IMG/VR virus record: IMGVR_UViG_3300032236_001613
Span: 124,001-188,000 of that record
Strand: one strand, 5' to 3'
DNA length: 64,000 nucleotides
Below are positions 55,965-64,000 of the stretch, piece after piece; the stretch's first letter is position 1, and each line of letters begins with the position of its first letter. The notes below the pieces were generated by a model. It worked only from the letters and a program-made list of their open reading frames with translations. It did no database searches and was not told where the DNA came from. Both the position numbers and the translations under genes were made by a program.

Positions 55965-56763
55965 TTTCCTTTAAATAATTATCCAATCCGTCATCTATAC
56001 CGTTCAATAAAATTGGTAATGATTCTAACAAAGTTCCATCACCTGTGTAGTTATTCTCATATACTGATTTAATAACAAAATTAGGTTCTATGTTGTTTAT
56101 GTAACAAAACTTAGATAAAACTTCACTAATTTTAAATTTGTTTTTATAAACTGCATTGATATCTTTTAAATTACAGTCTATTTCAGTAACATAATTAACA
56201 ACAGTGCAAAGATCTTGTATACTAAAATAATCAAAATATCTATCGTTAATAACTTCAAATATTTTTTCACTGTTGTTTAAAAATCTAGGAATCAATCTTG
56301 TACTTAATTCGCCTGGCCCAAAACAGTTAAAAATTCTAATATTATAAAAATTTTTTTTATCGTAACATAATCTGCTTTTAATATTTTGACCCCACCCATA
56401 ACTATCAGTGGGCATCCTTTCAAATATCAGTTTTTCTTTTGCATAGTTAATGTCTTGATTTCTGTCAAATTCTGCTCCTGATGCAGTGTTTATAAATTTT
56501 CCAAATAAATTGGAATTATTATAAAAATTCATAAACATTCCAAGATTATTTCTAGCGTCATTTAACATTGATGAATCTGTCATAATAGCTGCACAATTTA
56601 CAATTACATCAAATCTATTATTTTTTAAAAATTCTTTAACAGACAACGGGTTTAATAAATCTAAGGTATTTCTAGTAACTGGAGTTACCTGATGTATTAA
56701 ACTTAAAGATTTAGTTAAATTTGAACCAACAAACCCTTTTGCTCCGATAACAGCTATTTTCAT
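55945..56763 (-). CDS. NAD-dependent epimerase/dehydratase
   Basis: GAKGFVG, SGAEF, YGWGQNIK, RIFNCFG. Confidence 0.8.
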   Translation of the reverse strand: MKIAVIGAKGFVGSNLTKSLSLIHQVTPVTRNTLDLLNPLSVKEFLKNNRFDVIVNCAAIMTDSSMLNDARNNLGMFMNFYNNSNLFGKFINTASGAEFDRNQDINYAKEKLIFERMPTDSYGWGQNIKSRLCYDKKNFYNIRIFNCFGPGELSTRLIPRFLNNSEKIFEVINDRYFDYFSIQDLCTVVNYVTEIDCNLKDINAVYKNKFKISEVLSKFCYINNIEPNFVIKSVYENNYTGDGTLLESLPILLNGIDDGLDNYLKENANDCI

Positions 56764-58538
56764 ATTTTAACTACCATTTCTTTTTCTAATTCTTCTTGTG
56801 TAAGGAACGGTGACATGTCATGTAACCCTCCTTGAACTCCATTAAGCTTCATTGCTTGAGCTGGCTGTACATCTAGAACATTTTGACTTACAATCTCAAT
56901 AATAACAGGTTCATTTTTTCGCATTAAATCAGGTATATAACGATCGAGAGACTCGTTGTTTTCGATCTTAACATAAGATATTTCAAATGCTTCTGATACT
57001 TTTCCGATATCAGCAAAATATACTCCTGTTGACTGGCTAACCCCCCATTGACGTCCATTGAACATTTTATTCTGCGTTTGTTTAATGCTCATATATCCAT
57101 CATTATTAATGACAAATATTTTTACAGGAATATTATGTTTACGAATTACCGCAAGTTCTTGTACATTGGTATAAAAACTTCCTTCTCCAATAATAAGCAT
57201 AATGTTTAAACTTGTATCAGCGTAATGTATCCCTACACTTGCTGGAATAGCATATCCCATATCGCCTTGCGCAGCTTGCGCCATATAACGTGTATTTTTC
57301 TTAAATTTACCGTTTGTTGAAAGAATATAACAAGGTTGCCCTGCATCGACAATAAAAGCATCTTTTTCCTGCATATTACGGTTTAAACTTTCAACAATCT
57401 CGTATAAATTAACGCCGCCGATGTCGCTACGGTGTATTGAGGCATTATATATTGGCCATTTTTCTTTCCAATGCAATGCTTTTTTAGCCCACGTACTTGC
57501 ACTATAATCGTATGAATTTAATTGTGCTACCTTCAAAAAATCTTTTACATTACAATTAATTTTTTGATCTACTTTAAAAATATCTTTCTGTAATTCACTT
57601 GAATCAATATCAACCATAATTTTTACACTATAAGGACTAAAACTTTTTGTATCATATCCGATATGTGTAACATTCATCGAACAGCCCAATATTAATAAAC
57701 AATCCGCATTTTGTATAGCAAAGTTAGCGGCTCGATTTCCCTTAATACCCATCATTCCAATATTTTGCGGATGCTCATACTCGATTAGATCTCTCGTTAA
57801 AAAATTAGTAACAAATGGTATCTGATATTGATCAATAAATTTTCTGAATTCATCTCGACAATTAGCAATTGTAATTCCGTTACCAGCAACAATAACCGGT
57901 CTTTCGGATTTAAAAAGAATGTTTAAAGATTTTAAAATTTCTTCTTTACAATTAGTTGTATTATTGTCTTGATCCACTATAAATTCTTTATAAGTATCTG
58001 GAATGATTGCTGATTGTAAATTCCCCGGAACATCAATCCAAACAGGCCCAGGACGCCCGTTAGTGGCAATCCAAATTGCTTTTTCAAGCTCGTATGGAAC
58101 ATCTTCAGCACTTTCGATCATTACAGCATATTTTGTCATTCCAGATACCGCGCCAACAGTATCGAAATCTTGAATTCCGTATTTTCTTAAATTAAGCCCT
58201 CGTTCGGCATTAATTCGTTTGGCCATATTGAATGTTTGAGTATTACCGCTAAGAAATAATACTGGTACACTTTCTTGATAAGCGTTTAGACAACTAGTCA
58301 TTACGTTTGTAACCCCGCAACCTGCGGTAACATTACATACGCCTAATTTTCTATCTGTACGAGCTGATCCCGTTGCAGCATGTCCTGCACCTTGTTCGTG
58401 ATGAAACGCTACGAATTCGATATCCGGATGGCTAATAAATCCGTCATTAAGCCCAGCAGTACTTCCACCGACTAGCCCATATACTTTAGTAACACCAAGT
58501 TTATTTAACTTAGTAGCAATGTAATCACATACTCTCAT
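56760..58538 (-). CDS. Thiamine-diphosphate-dependent enzyme (acetolactate synthase/YerE-like)
   Basis: HHEQGAGHAA, GRPGPVWIDVP, GDMGYAIP, GEGSF..NNDGY. Confidence 0.9.
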   Translation of the reverse strand: MRVCDYIATKLNKLGVTKVYGLVGGSTAGLNDGFISHPDIEFVAFHHEQGAGHAATGSARTDRKLGVCNVTAGCGVTNVMTSCLNAYQESVPVLFLSGNTQTFNMAKRINAERGLNLRKYGIQDFDTVGAVSGMTKYAVMIESAEDVPYELEKAIWIATNGRPGPVWIDVPGNLQSAIIPDTYKEFIVDQDNNTTNCKEEILKSLNILFKSERPVIVAGNGITIANCRDEFRKFIDQYQIPFVTNFLTRDLIEYEHPQNIGMMGIKGNRAANFAIQNADCLLILGCSMNVTHIGYDTKSFSPYSVKIMVDIDSSELQKDIFKVDQKINCNVKDFLKVAQLNSYDYSASTWAKKALHWKEKWPIYNASIHRSDIGGVNLYEIVESLNRNMQEKDAFIVDAGQPCYILSTNGKFKKNTRYMAQAAQGDMGYAIPASVGIHYADTSLNIMLIIGEGSFYTNVQELAVIRKHNIPVKIFVINNDGYMSIKQTQNKMFNGRQWGVSQSTGVYFADIGKVSEAFEISYVKIENNESLDRYIPDLMRKNEPVIIEIVSQNVLDVQPAQAMKLNGVQGGLHDMSPFLTQEELEKEMVVKI

Positions 58539-58624
58539 ATTTACACCTTTTGATTAATTATACAACATATACTTGAAATCTCAAATATTTATATGCTAAC
58601 ATAATTCAATTAAATAATTTATAT

Positions 58625-59326
58625 ATGAACAAATTAGTTTTAATTACTGGTGCTACAAGAGGGATTGGACTTGCTGCAACCAAAATATACAAAAGCAACG
58701 GATATACAGTTATTGGTACAGGTACTACAAGTTACACAAGTAATTTATGCGATAGTTATTACCAATGCGACTTTTCTTCTCTAGAAGAAATCGAAGATTT
58801 TTGCCAAAAAATAATAAATTTACCGATCAGCATATTAGTTAATAATGCAGGTATAAACATTATTAATAGCTTTTGCGAGATAAATCCGAAAGATTTTCTC
58901 AAATTACAACAGATTAACTTATACGCCCCATTTAGAATTGCTCAAACGGTAATTCCTAATATGTTAAAAAATAATTGGGGTCGCATAGTTAACCTTAGCT
59001 CTGTCTGGGGAAAACTTAGTAAACCTGGTGCAGCTAATTATTCAGCAAGTAAGTTTGGAATTGACGGGTTAACAGTATCTATTGCAAATGAATTTTCGAA
59101 AAATGGAATTTTAGTAAATTGTGTATCTCCGGGATTTATTGATACTGATATGACTTGGAAAAATCTTGGTAAAGCTGGTATAGATAAAATCCTTGAAAGA
59201 GTTCCTGCTGGTCGTTTAGCTAAAACCGACGAAGTAGCTAAATTAATCTACATGTTAGGTAGCGAGGAAAATACTTTTATTACTGGGCAAAATGTAAGTA
59301 TTGACGGAGGGTTTACTCGTGCATAA
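58625..59326 (+). CDS. Short-chain dehydrogenase/reductase
   Basis: TGATRGIG, VNNAG, YSASK, PGFIDT, IDGG. Confidence 0.92.
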   Translation: MNKLVLITGATRGIGLAATKIYKSNGYTVIGTGTTSYTSNLCDSYYQCDFSSLEEIEDFCQKIINLPISILVNNAGINIINSFCEINPKDFLKLQQINLYAPFRIAQTVIPNMLKNNWGRIVNLSSVWGKLSKPGAANYSASKFGIDGLTVSIANEFSKNGILVNCVSPGFIDTDMTWKNLGKAGIDKILERVPAGRLAKTDEVAKLIYMLGSEENTFITGQNVSIDGGFTRA

Positions 59327-60347
59327 ATTAGATATCAAGAGTCATTCTGGAATTTATTCTGTACATTTTGATAATGATTTGTTATCAGGAGATAAAATCT
59401 CTCAATTAGGAACACATTTTATAATAGACAAAAATGTATTATCTTTACTTAATATAAAAGATAAAAATATAATTGTAGTTGATGCAACCGAAGAAACAAA
59501 AAGTTATCAAGGAATCGAACCCATTATTAATAGTTTAATATCACAAAAACTTAAGAGAGATAGCATTTTAGTAGCTATCGGAGGGGGTATTATTCAAGAT
59601 ATTGTTTGTTTTATTGCTACAACATTTATGAGGGGCATACCATGGATTCTGATACCTACAACTGTGCTTGCACAAGCAGATAGCTGTATTGGATCTAAGA
59701 GTAGTATAAACTTCGGTGGTTATAAAAATTTATTAGGATCGTTTACACCCCCTAATCAAATTTTTATCAGTAATCAATTCCTTAATACACTAGAAGATAA
59801 GGATATTAAATCCGGAATCGGAGAAATTATAAAACTATGTTTAATTGACGCACAAGTTGTTTCCGCAGAAAGCATTAATCGCAGTAACATCGATGCTTAT
59901 ATTCAAAAAGCACTATTAATTAAAAAGAAATATATAGAAGAAGATGAATTTGATAAAGGAATTAGAAATATATTAAATTACGGGCATTGTATCGGGCATG
60001 GTATTGAATCAGCTACTAATTTTGCTATTCCACACGGTATTGCAATTACTATAGGAATGGATGCTGCAAATAAGTTTGCTATGCTCGAAGGGCTCATTAC
60101 AGAAGATTTATATAAATCAATGCACAATACTTTATATGAAAATTATAAAGAATTTTCTAAAATTCCTATAGATATTGATTTAGTATGCAATGCATTAACT
60201 AAGGATAAAAAGAATACAGGCAGTAAAATTAATATTGTACTGCCTGTAGATCACTCTATTGAAAAATACGGATTTGAAAGTAATAATAAATTCTGGGATC
60301 AAATTAAAAATTCAATCACCAGCCTTCCTATTACAGTCCGATCATAG
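59319..60347 (+). CDS. 3-dehydroquinate synthase-like sugar-phosphate cyclase
   Basis: GGAGG SD then GTG 59319; GGGIIQD, PTTVLAQADSCIGSK, LNYGHCIGH, HGIAI, DKK. Confidence 0.88.
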   Translation: MHKLDIKSHSGIYSVHFDNDLLSGDKISQLGTHFIIDKNVLSLLNIKDKNIIVVDATEETKSYQGIEPIINSLISQKLKRDSILVAIGGGIIQDIVCFIATTFMRGIPWILIPTTVLAQADSCIGSKSSINFGGYKNLLGSFTPPNQIFISNQFLNTLEDKDIKSGIGEIIKLCLIDAQVVSAESINRSNIDAYIQKALLIKKKYIEEDEFDKGIRNILNYGHCIGHGIESATNFAIPHGIAITIGMDAANKFAMLEGLITEDLYKSMHNTLYENYKEFSKIPIDIDLVCNALTKDKKNTGSKINIVLPVDHSIEKYGFESNNKFWDQIKNSITSLPITVRS

Positions 60348-61134
60348 CTTTCCAACGGGTTTCGAGCATATTAATACGTTTATCATCTTCGGTAAAGATA
60401 CTACCGTAATAATCTCTCTTATTTTTAAGCCATAGTAGTTCAAACTCTACAGCATCAACTAACGCTTGATCTGCAACCGGCAATTGAATAGCATCTCCCG
60501 AGAAAATTATCTTACGTGTTTCGTAACGACTTAAATGTACTGATTGTACGGACCTAATAGCAGAAATAGCATCTCGAGAAACTCCGCCTCCCATTACCAA
60601 TTCAAGATTAGACTCTTTACATAGTTCGGCAGTTTTAACAATCTTTTCGGTAACAAAATCTTTGTTGATATCTTCTCTACCGTTACCGCCCATACTCATA
60701 ACAAAATCAACACGTCCGAACACTAATCCATCTAATCCGTCATCTGTTGTTGCTTTAGAAATCATGTCTGTTATGTTATTAAATCCAGTAATAGTTTCTA
60801 GATTAGTTAAAAACTTTACAGATTTTCTATCTTCTTTGTCGAAAATCTTGTTTTTAGCATCAATAAATTTCCATAAAGCATACGGTGTTTCAACCATGGG
60901 TGCAATAATATAGTCAACACCGATTTGTTTAGCTTCCATAAGATCTTTCATGGCTTCGCAACCACCAATTTTTAATCCTACTCCGACATTGGCTTTTCTT
61001 GCAATCTCAATAAGTCTTAATAGTTCGTCAGTTCGAGTGCCTTCGGCTTCGAACTCGGCCTTAACTGCAACGTAGCCATATTCTTCTTTACCTTTTTTAA
61101 GAATATCTAGCATTTGTTTTTCTTTTAAATTCAT
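60331..61134 (-). CDS. HpcH/HpaI aldolase / citrate lyase-like protein
   Basis: KAEFEAEG, KIGGCEA, APMVET, NLET, VFGRVD, MGGG. Confidence 0.75.
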   Translation of the reverse strand: MNLKEKQMLDILKKGKEEYGYVAVKAEFEAEGTRTDELLRLIEIARKANVGVGLKIGGCEAMKDLMEAKQIGVDYIIAPMVETPYALWKFIDAKNKIFDKEDRKSVKFLTNLETITGFNNITDMISKATTDDGLDGLVFGRVDFVMSMGGNGREDINKDFVTEKIVKTAELCKESNLELVMGGGVSRDAISAIRSVQSVHLSRYETRKIIFSGDAIQLPVADQALVDAVEFELLWLKNKRDYYGSIFTEDDKRINMLETRWKAMIGL

Positions 61135-61144
61135 ATAATTTCCT

Positions 61145-62461
61145 TTATTTGTAATTAATCATAAATTTATCAACAATTTGACCAATATAAGAAATTTGTT
61201 CTGGAGTTATAACAGGGCTAGTACCATGAAAAAACGTATTAGTCATAACCATTGTAGCTACTGGATAATTATCTTTCGCTAATTGAGGATCCATAATATG
61301 TGAATAAGCCGGTTGCAACATAATGTTACCAGCAAAATATGGTCGAGTTTGAATCAAATTTTCTTCTAGATAATCTACAATCTGTGATCTTTTAAACGGT
61401 GCATTTTTACGTATTGTTAATGGAAATGCAAACCAACTAGGGTCGCTCTTTTCTCTAGCTCTAGGAAGATGAAAAAATTCTTCATACTTTTCATAAATTT
61501 TAAACATTAGATTGTAATTACGGCGTCGAAGAGCGTGTATGTCATCTAATTTTTCTAATTGTTTTAATCCAATAGCTGATTGAACTTCAATAGGTTTTAA
61601 ATTATAACCAATCTCGTCATACACATACTTGTGATCAAAGATCTCCCCAGGCATAGTAGGAATCCATTCTTTAAATCTTTCCTTGCATGTTCCGCATTTT
61701 AATTTATTAGCTTTCGGACCTACACAGTAACACCCTCTTCCCCATTCTCTAAAACTACGTAAAATTACTTCTTGATCATCGGTATTACACGCAACAAACC
61801 CGCCTTCGCCTAATGTCATATGATGTGCAGGATAAAAAGAACAACTAGACATTTCACCAAAACTACCTAAAGGCTTCCCATCATAATTAGTTCCTAATGC
61901 ATCGCAGCAGTCTTCTAGTAGAATCAAATTATATTTCTTTACAAGATCCATTACTTGATCCATATTTGGTGGATTACCGAGTACATGAGCAAACGTAATT
62001 ATTTTAATGTTATGTTCTTTAATTAAATCTTCGGCCTTGGTTAAATCTAGATTAAGCGTTTCCAACTCAATATCAAGAAATACTGGCTCGAATCCTAACT
62101 GTAGAGTAGGATTTAATGTAGTAGGAAATCCTGCAATAGGCATTAACACCTTTGTTCCTTTAGGTAAATGATGCCCGCGCTTACTAGTAAGGCTCGCCAT
62201 CATAAGTAAATTCGAGCTCGATCCACTATTAGTAAGTATTCCGTGTTTCTTTCCAAAAAGACGAGGAAAGTGCCTTTCAAATTTTGTACTTTGATCCCCC
62301 ATCACTAGCCATCCGCTTAATAGAGTTTCAACTGCCGCTACATATTCATCAGTTGAAAAATACGGTCCAGCATAGTTAACAAAATCTTTACCGGCTTCCC
62401 AAGATTTTTGTTGTTGTTTTTCTTCAATATAGATTTTAATGTCTTCGAGTATCTTTTTCAT
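61145..62461 (-). CDS. rfbH: RfbH/DdhC-like PLP-dependent CDP-4-keto-6-deoxyglucose 3-dehydrase
   Basis: NSGSSSNLL, EDCCDALG, SFYPAHHMTLGEGG (His in place of the Lys), GRGCYC, HKY, WFAFP. Confidence 0.85.
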   Translation of the reverse strand: MKKILEDIKIYIEEKQQQKSWEAGKDFVNYAGPYFSTDEYVAAVETLLSGWLVMGDQSTKFERHFPRLFGKKHGILTNSGSSSNLLMMASLTSKRGHHLPKGTKVLMPIAGFPTTLNPTLQLGFEPVFLDIELETLNLDLTKAEDLIKEHNIKIITFAHVLGNPPNMDQVMDLVKKYNLILLEDCCDALGTNYDGKPLGSFGEMSSCSFYPAHHMTLGEGGFVACNTDDQEVILRSFREWGRGCYCVGPKANKLKCGTCKERFKEWIPTMPGEIFDHKYVYDEIGYNLKPIEVQSAIGLKQLEKLDDIHALRRRNYNLMFKIYEKYEEFFHLPRAREKSDPSWFAFPLTIRKNAPFKRSQIVDYLEENLIQTRPYFAGNIMLQPAYSHIMDPQLAKDNYPVATMVMTNTFFHGTSPVITPEQISYIGQIVDKFMINYK

Positions 62462-63213
62462 ATTATAATATAATTCTTGTAATGATTTACTAATTCAATT
62501 CTTGTTTTTAAATCAGTTGAAGGCCAATGTATTAACCAATCTCCAAATTGCCAATTTCCGTCAAATCCTAAGCGATCCCTTTGATCAGTATAATGATATA
62601 ATTGATAATTAAATGAATTCATGTATCTTTGGGGAACTATTTTAACGATATTTTTATACTCCTCATTAATTTTAAGATCTGTATTTTTTTCAATAAATTG
62701 CCATGCAGGATCCGTAGTTCCAGGAATTCCTAACATAGTAGCAATGCATTTTTGCTCTGTATCCCAAAATTTTAAAAAAGCTGGCTCTAGATGAATAATT
62801 GTATCTAAAAAATTTAAACTTTCTGGGGAATTTTTAATTAATAAACTATCGGCGTTAACTCCATTAACATCGACTGCTATAATAAAATGGTGATCTTTTG
62901 AAATTCTATCTTCAATTTTAATTGAAAAATTAGTGATCATCGAATCTGTCCCTGACCACCAAATCCACTCATACTCAGGATGTTCTCTCAAAATGTCTCT
63001 AGCAAAATGTATCTTTTCGAATCCGGTCATTAAAGAGCCGTTTCTAGATGTGGCAAAATTTGAATCTCTTGCATGTACTGCATATCCATGATATTTTGCA
63101 TACTCTACTTTATTCTGTTCCCACGTCAAATCAGCTAAAGGTTTATATCCAATATCGTGATGAGTAATTAATGCATACATTAGAAATAAAACCCGTTTAT
63201 TCTTGGAAACCAA
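62458..63213 (-). CDS. Glycosyltransferase, GT34/MNN10-like (paralog of 52484-53200)
   Basis: LADLTWEQNK, WWSGTDSMITN, DTEQ, IHWPS. Confidence 0.72.
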   Translation of the reverse strand: MVSKNKRVLFLMYALITHHDIGYKPLADLTWEQNKVEYAKYHGYAVHARDSNFATSRNGSLMTGFEKIHFARDILREHPEYEWIWWSGTDSMITNFSIKIEDRISKDHHFIIAVDVNGVNADSLLIKNSPESLNFLDTIIHLEPAFLKFWDTEQKCIATMLGIPGTTDPAWQFIEKNTDLKINEEYKNIVKIVPQRYMNSFNYQLYHYTDQRDRLGFDGNWQFGDWLIHWPSTDLKTRIELVNHYKNYIII

Positions 63214-63983
63214 GTATCTCCGTATCCACCGTGTGGAGTTTTAGTTTGTTCGTAGTTTGAAATAATTTCACACCAATATGTTTTACCTAACCCTATAGCT
63301 ACGCTTAATGCAACACTTTGATTTCCGATAAATTGTTCGCATCCTTGTACATATCGAGCCATTTCTAATAAATCGTTAGTTTTCTGATATTGTATTTTAA
63401 TCTTAAAAAAATCTTCAAACTTAGAATGTTCTTCTTCCGTTCCTAAGAAAACTGCATAATCACCTAGCCCGTTATTAATCCATTCCTCCCATCCAGTTAC
63501 TTGTTGATCTCTTCCGTAAAGATATCTTTCCGTCCTGTTAACCACAATAGGCTTTCCAGATACACGTAATGGAGAAACTGGAGTCAACCAAGGTTCGTAT
63601 AACAATTTCCTTTTGATATCAATATTATGAATGTTTAATCCTTGTGTTAATGCGTAACATTCTGTCTGATTACCTTGCCAGCCTTTAATCAAATGGTATT
63701 TCCAATGGTCGCTAAAATCGTAATCAAACGTTTCACCGTTCCATACAGCGACTTTTTCTATATAATCTTGTGCTTCTAATAAAGGAGCTAATATATTATA
63801 ATCGTGTTGTGTTAATCTTCCAGATGCAGGACCGGCGTTTGGCCAACCTAACACGTTTTTTGCGTAATCGTCAAGAGCGTCAAGTTTCACATACATATTA
63901 CCGCCGCCTAACAGTTTTACTAAACATAAGCTGTAGATAGTATCACCAAAAGTGCCTAACGTATAAAAATTATTTACTTTCAT
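63180..63983 (-). CDS. GT9-like glycosyltransferase-related protein
   Basis: GTFGDTI start; DLLEMARYVQGCEQFIGNQSVALSVAIGLG; ATG at 63983 is the likely start. Confidence 0.6.
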   Translation of the reverse strand: MKVNNFYTLGTFGDTIYSLCLVKLLGGGNMYVKLDALDDYAKNVLGWPNAGPASGRLTQHDYNILAPLLEAQDYIEKVAVWNGETFDYDFSDHWKYHLIKGWQGNQTECYALTQGLNIHNIDIKRKLLYEPWLTPVSPLRVSGKPIVVNRTERYLYGRDQQVTGWEEWINNGLGDYAVFLGTEEEHSKFEDFFKIKIQYQKTNDLLEMARYVQGCEQFIGNQSVALSVAIGLGKTYWCEIISNYEQTKTPHGGYGDTWFPRINGFYF

Positions 63984-64000
63984 TATTATTCCCAATTGAG

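Noticed and set aside
59319-60347. Calling the gene aroB as part of a shikimate pathway
   Set aside because: No other aro genes are present and the context is sugar modification, so a family-level call only.

Overview
The window looks like a 64-kb piece of a large (probably jumbo) tailed phage genome. It is AT-rich and gene-dense, has no core host housekeeping operons, carries T4-like late-promoter motifs (TAAATA) alongside consensus sigma70 promoters, and has putative virion genes next to class Ia ribonucleotide reductase (nrdA/nrdB/glutaredoxin). The envelope-directed cargo points to a Gram-negative host, probably a proteobacterium (inference). The accessory content is unusually rich. (1) A TPR/beta-barrel porin gene is followed by two secreted multiheme c-type cytochromes (4-5 and 7 heme motifs), a porin-cytochrome conduit layout that I do not know of as phage cargo. 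(2) A circularly permuted two-piece tmRNA (tag ANDSVYDVAIAA) has a 142-nt intervening segment closed by a 15-bp stem, and that segment itself holds an intact 38-codon membrane-peptide ORF. (3) ClpX, ClpS, Hsp20 and ribosomal protein bS21 are present. (4) Two tandem structured RNAs sit between a perfect sigma70 promoter and a TROVE/vWA (Ro60-like) gene, as candidate Y-like RNAs. (5) A ~520-nt ORF-free, hairpin-rich candidate ncRNA has its own promoter. (6) Heme oxygenase is paired with a ferredoxin-dependent bilin reductase. (7) A curli-like csgF/csgG/curlin/FecR/PA14-curlin/CHASE2-adenylate cyclase module is present. (8) A large glycosylation island includes an RfbH + ThDP-enzyme set suggestive of branched-chain deoxysugar synthesis. 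All family calls come from motif recognition by eye; no database searches were run.
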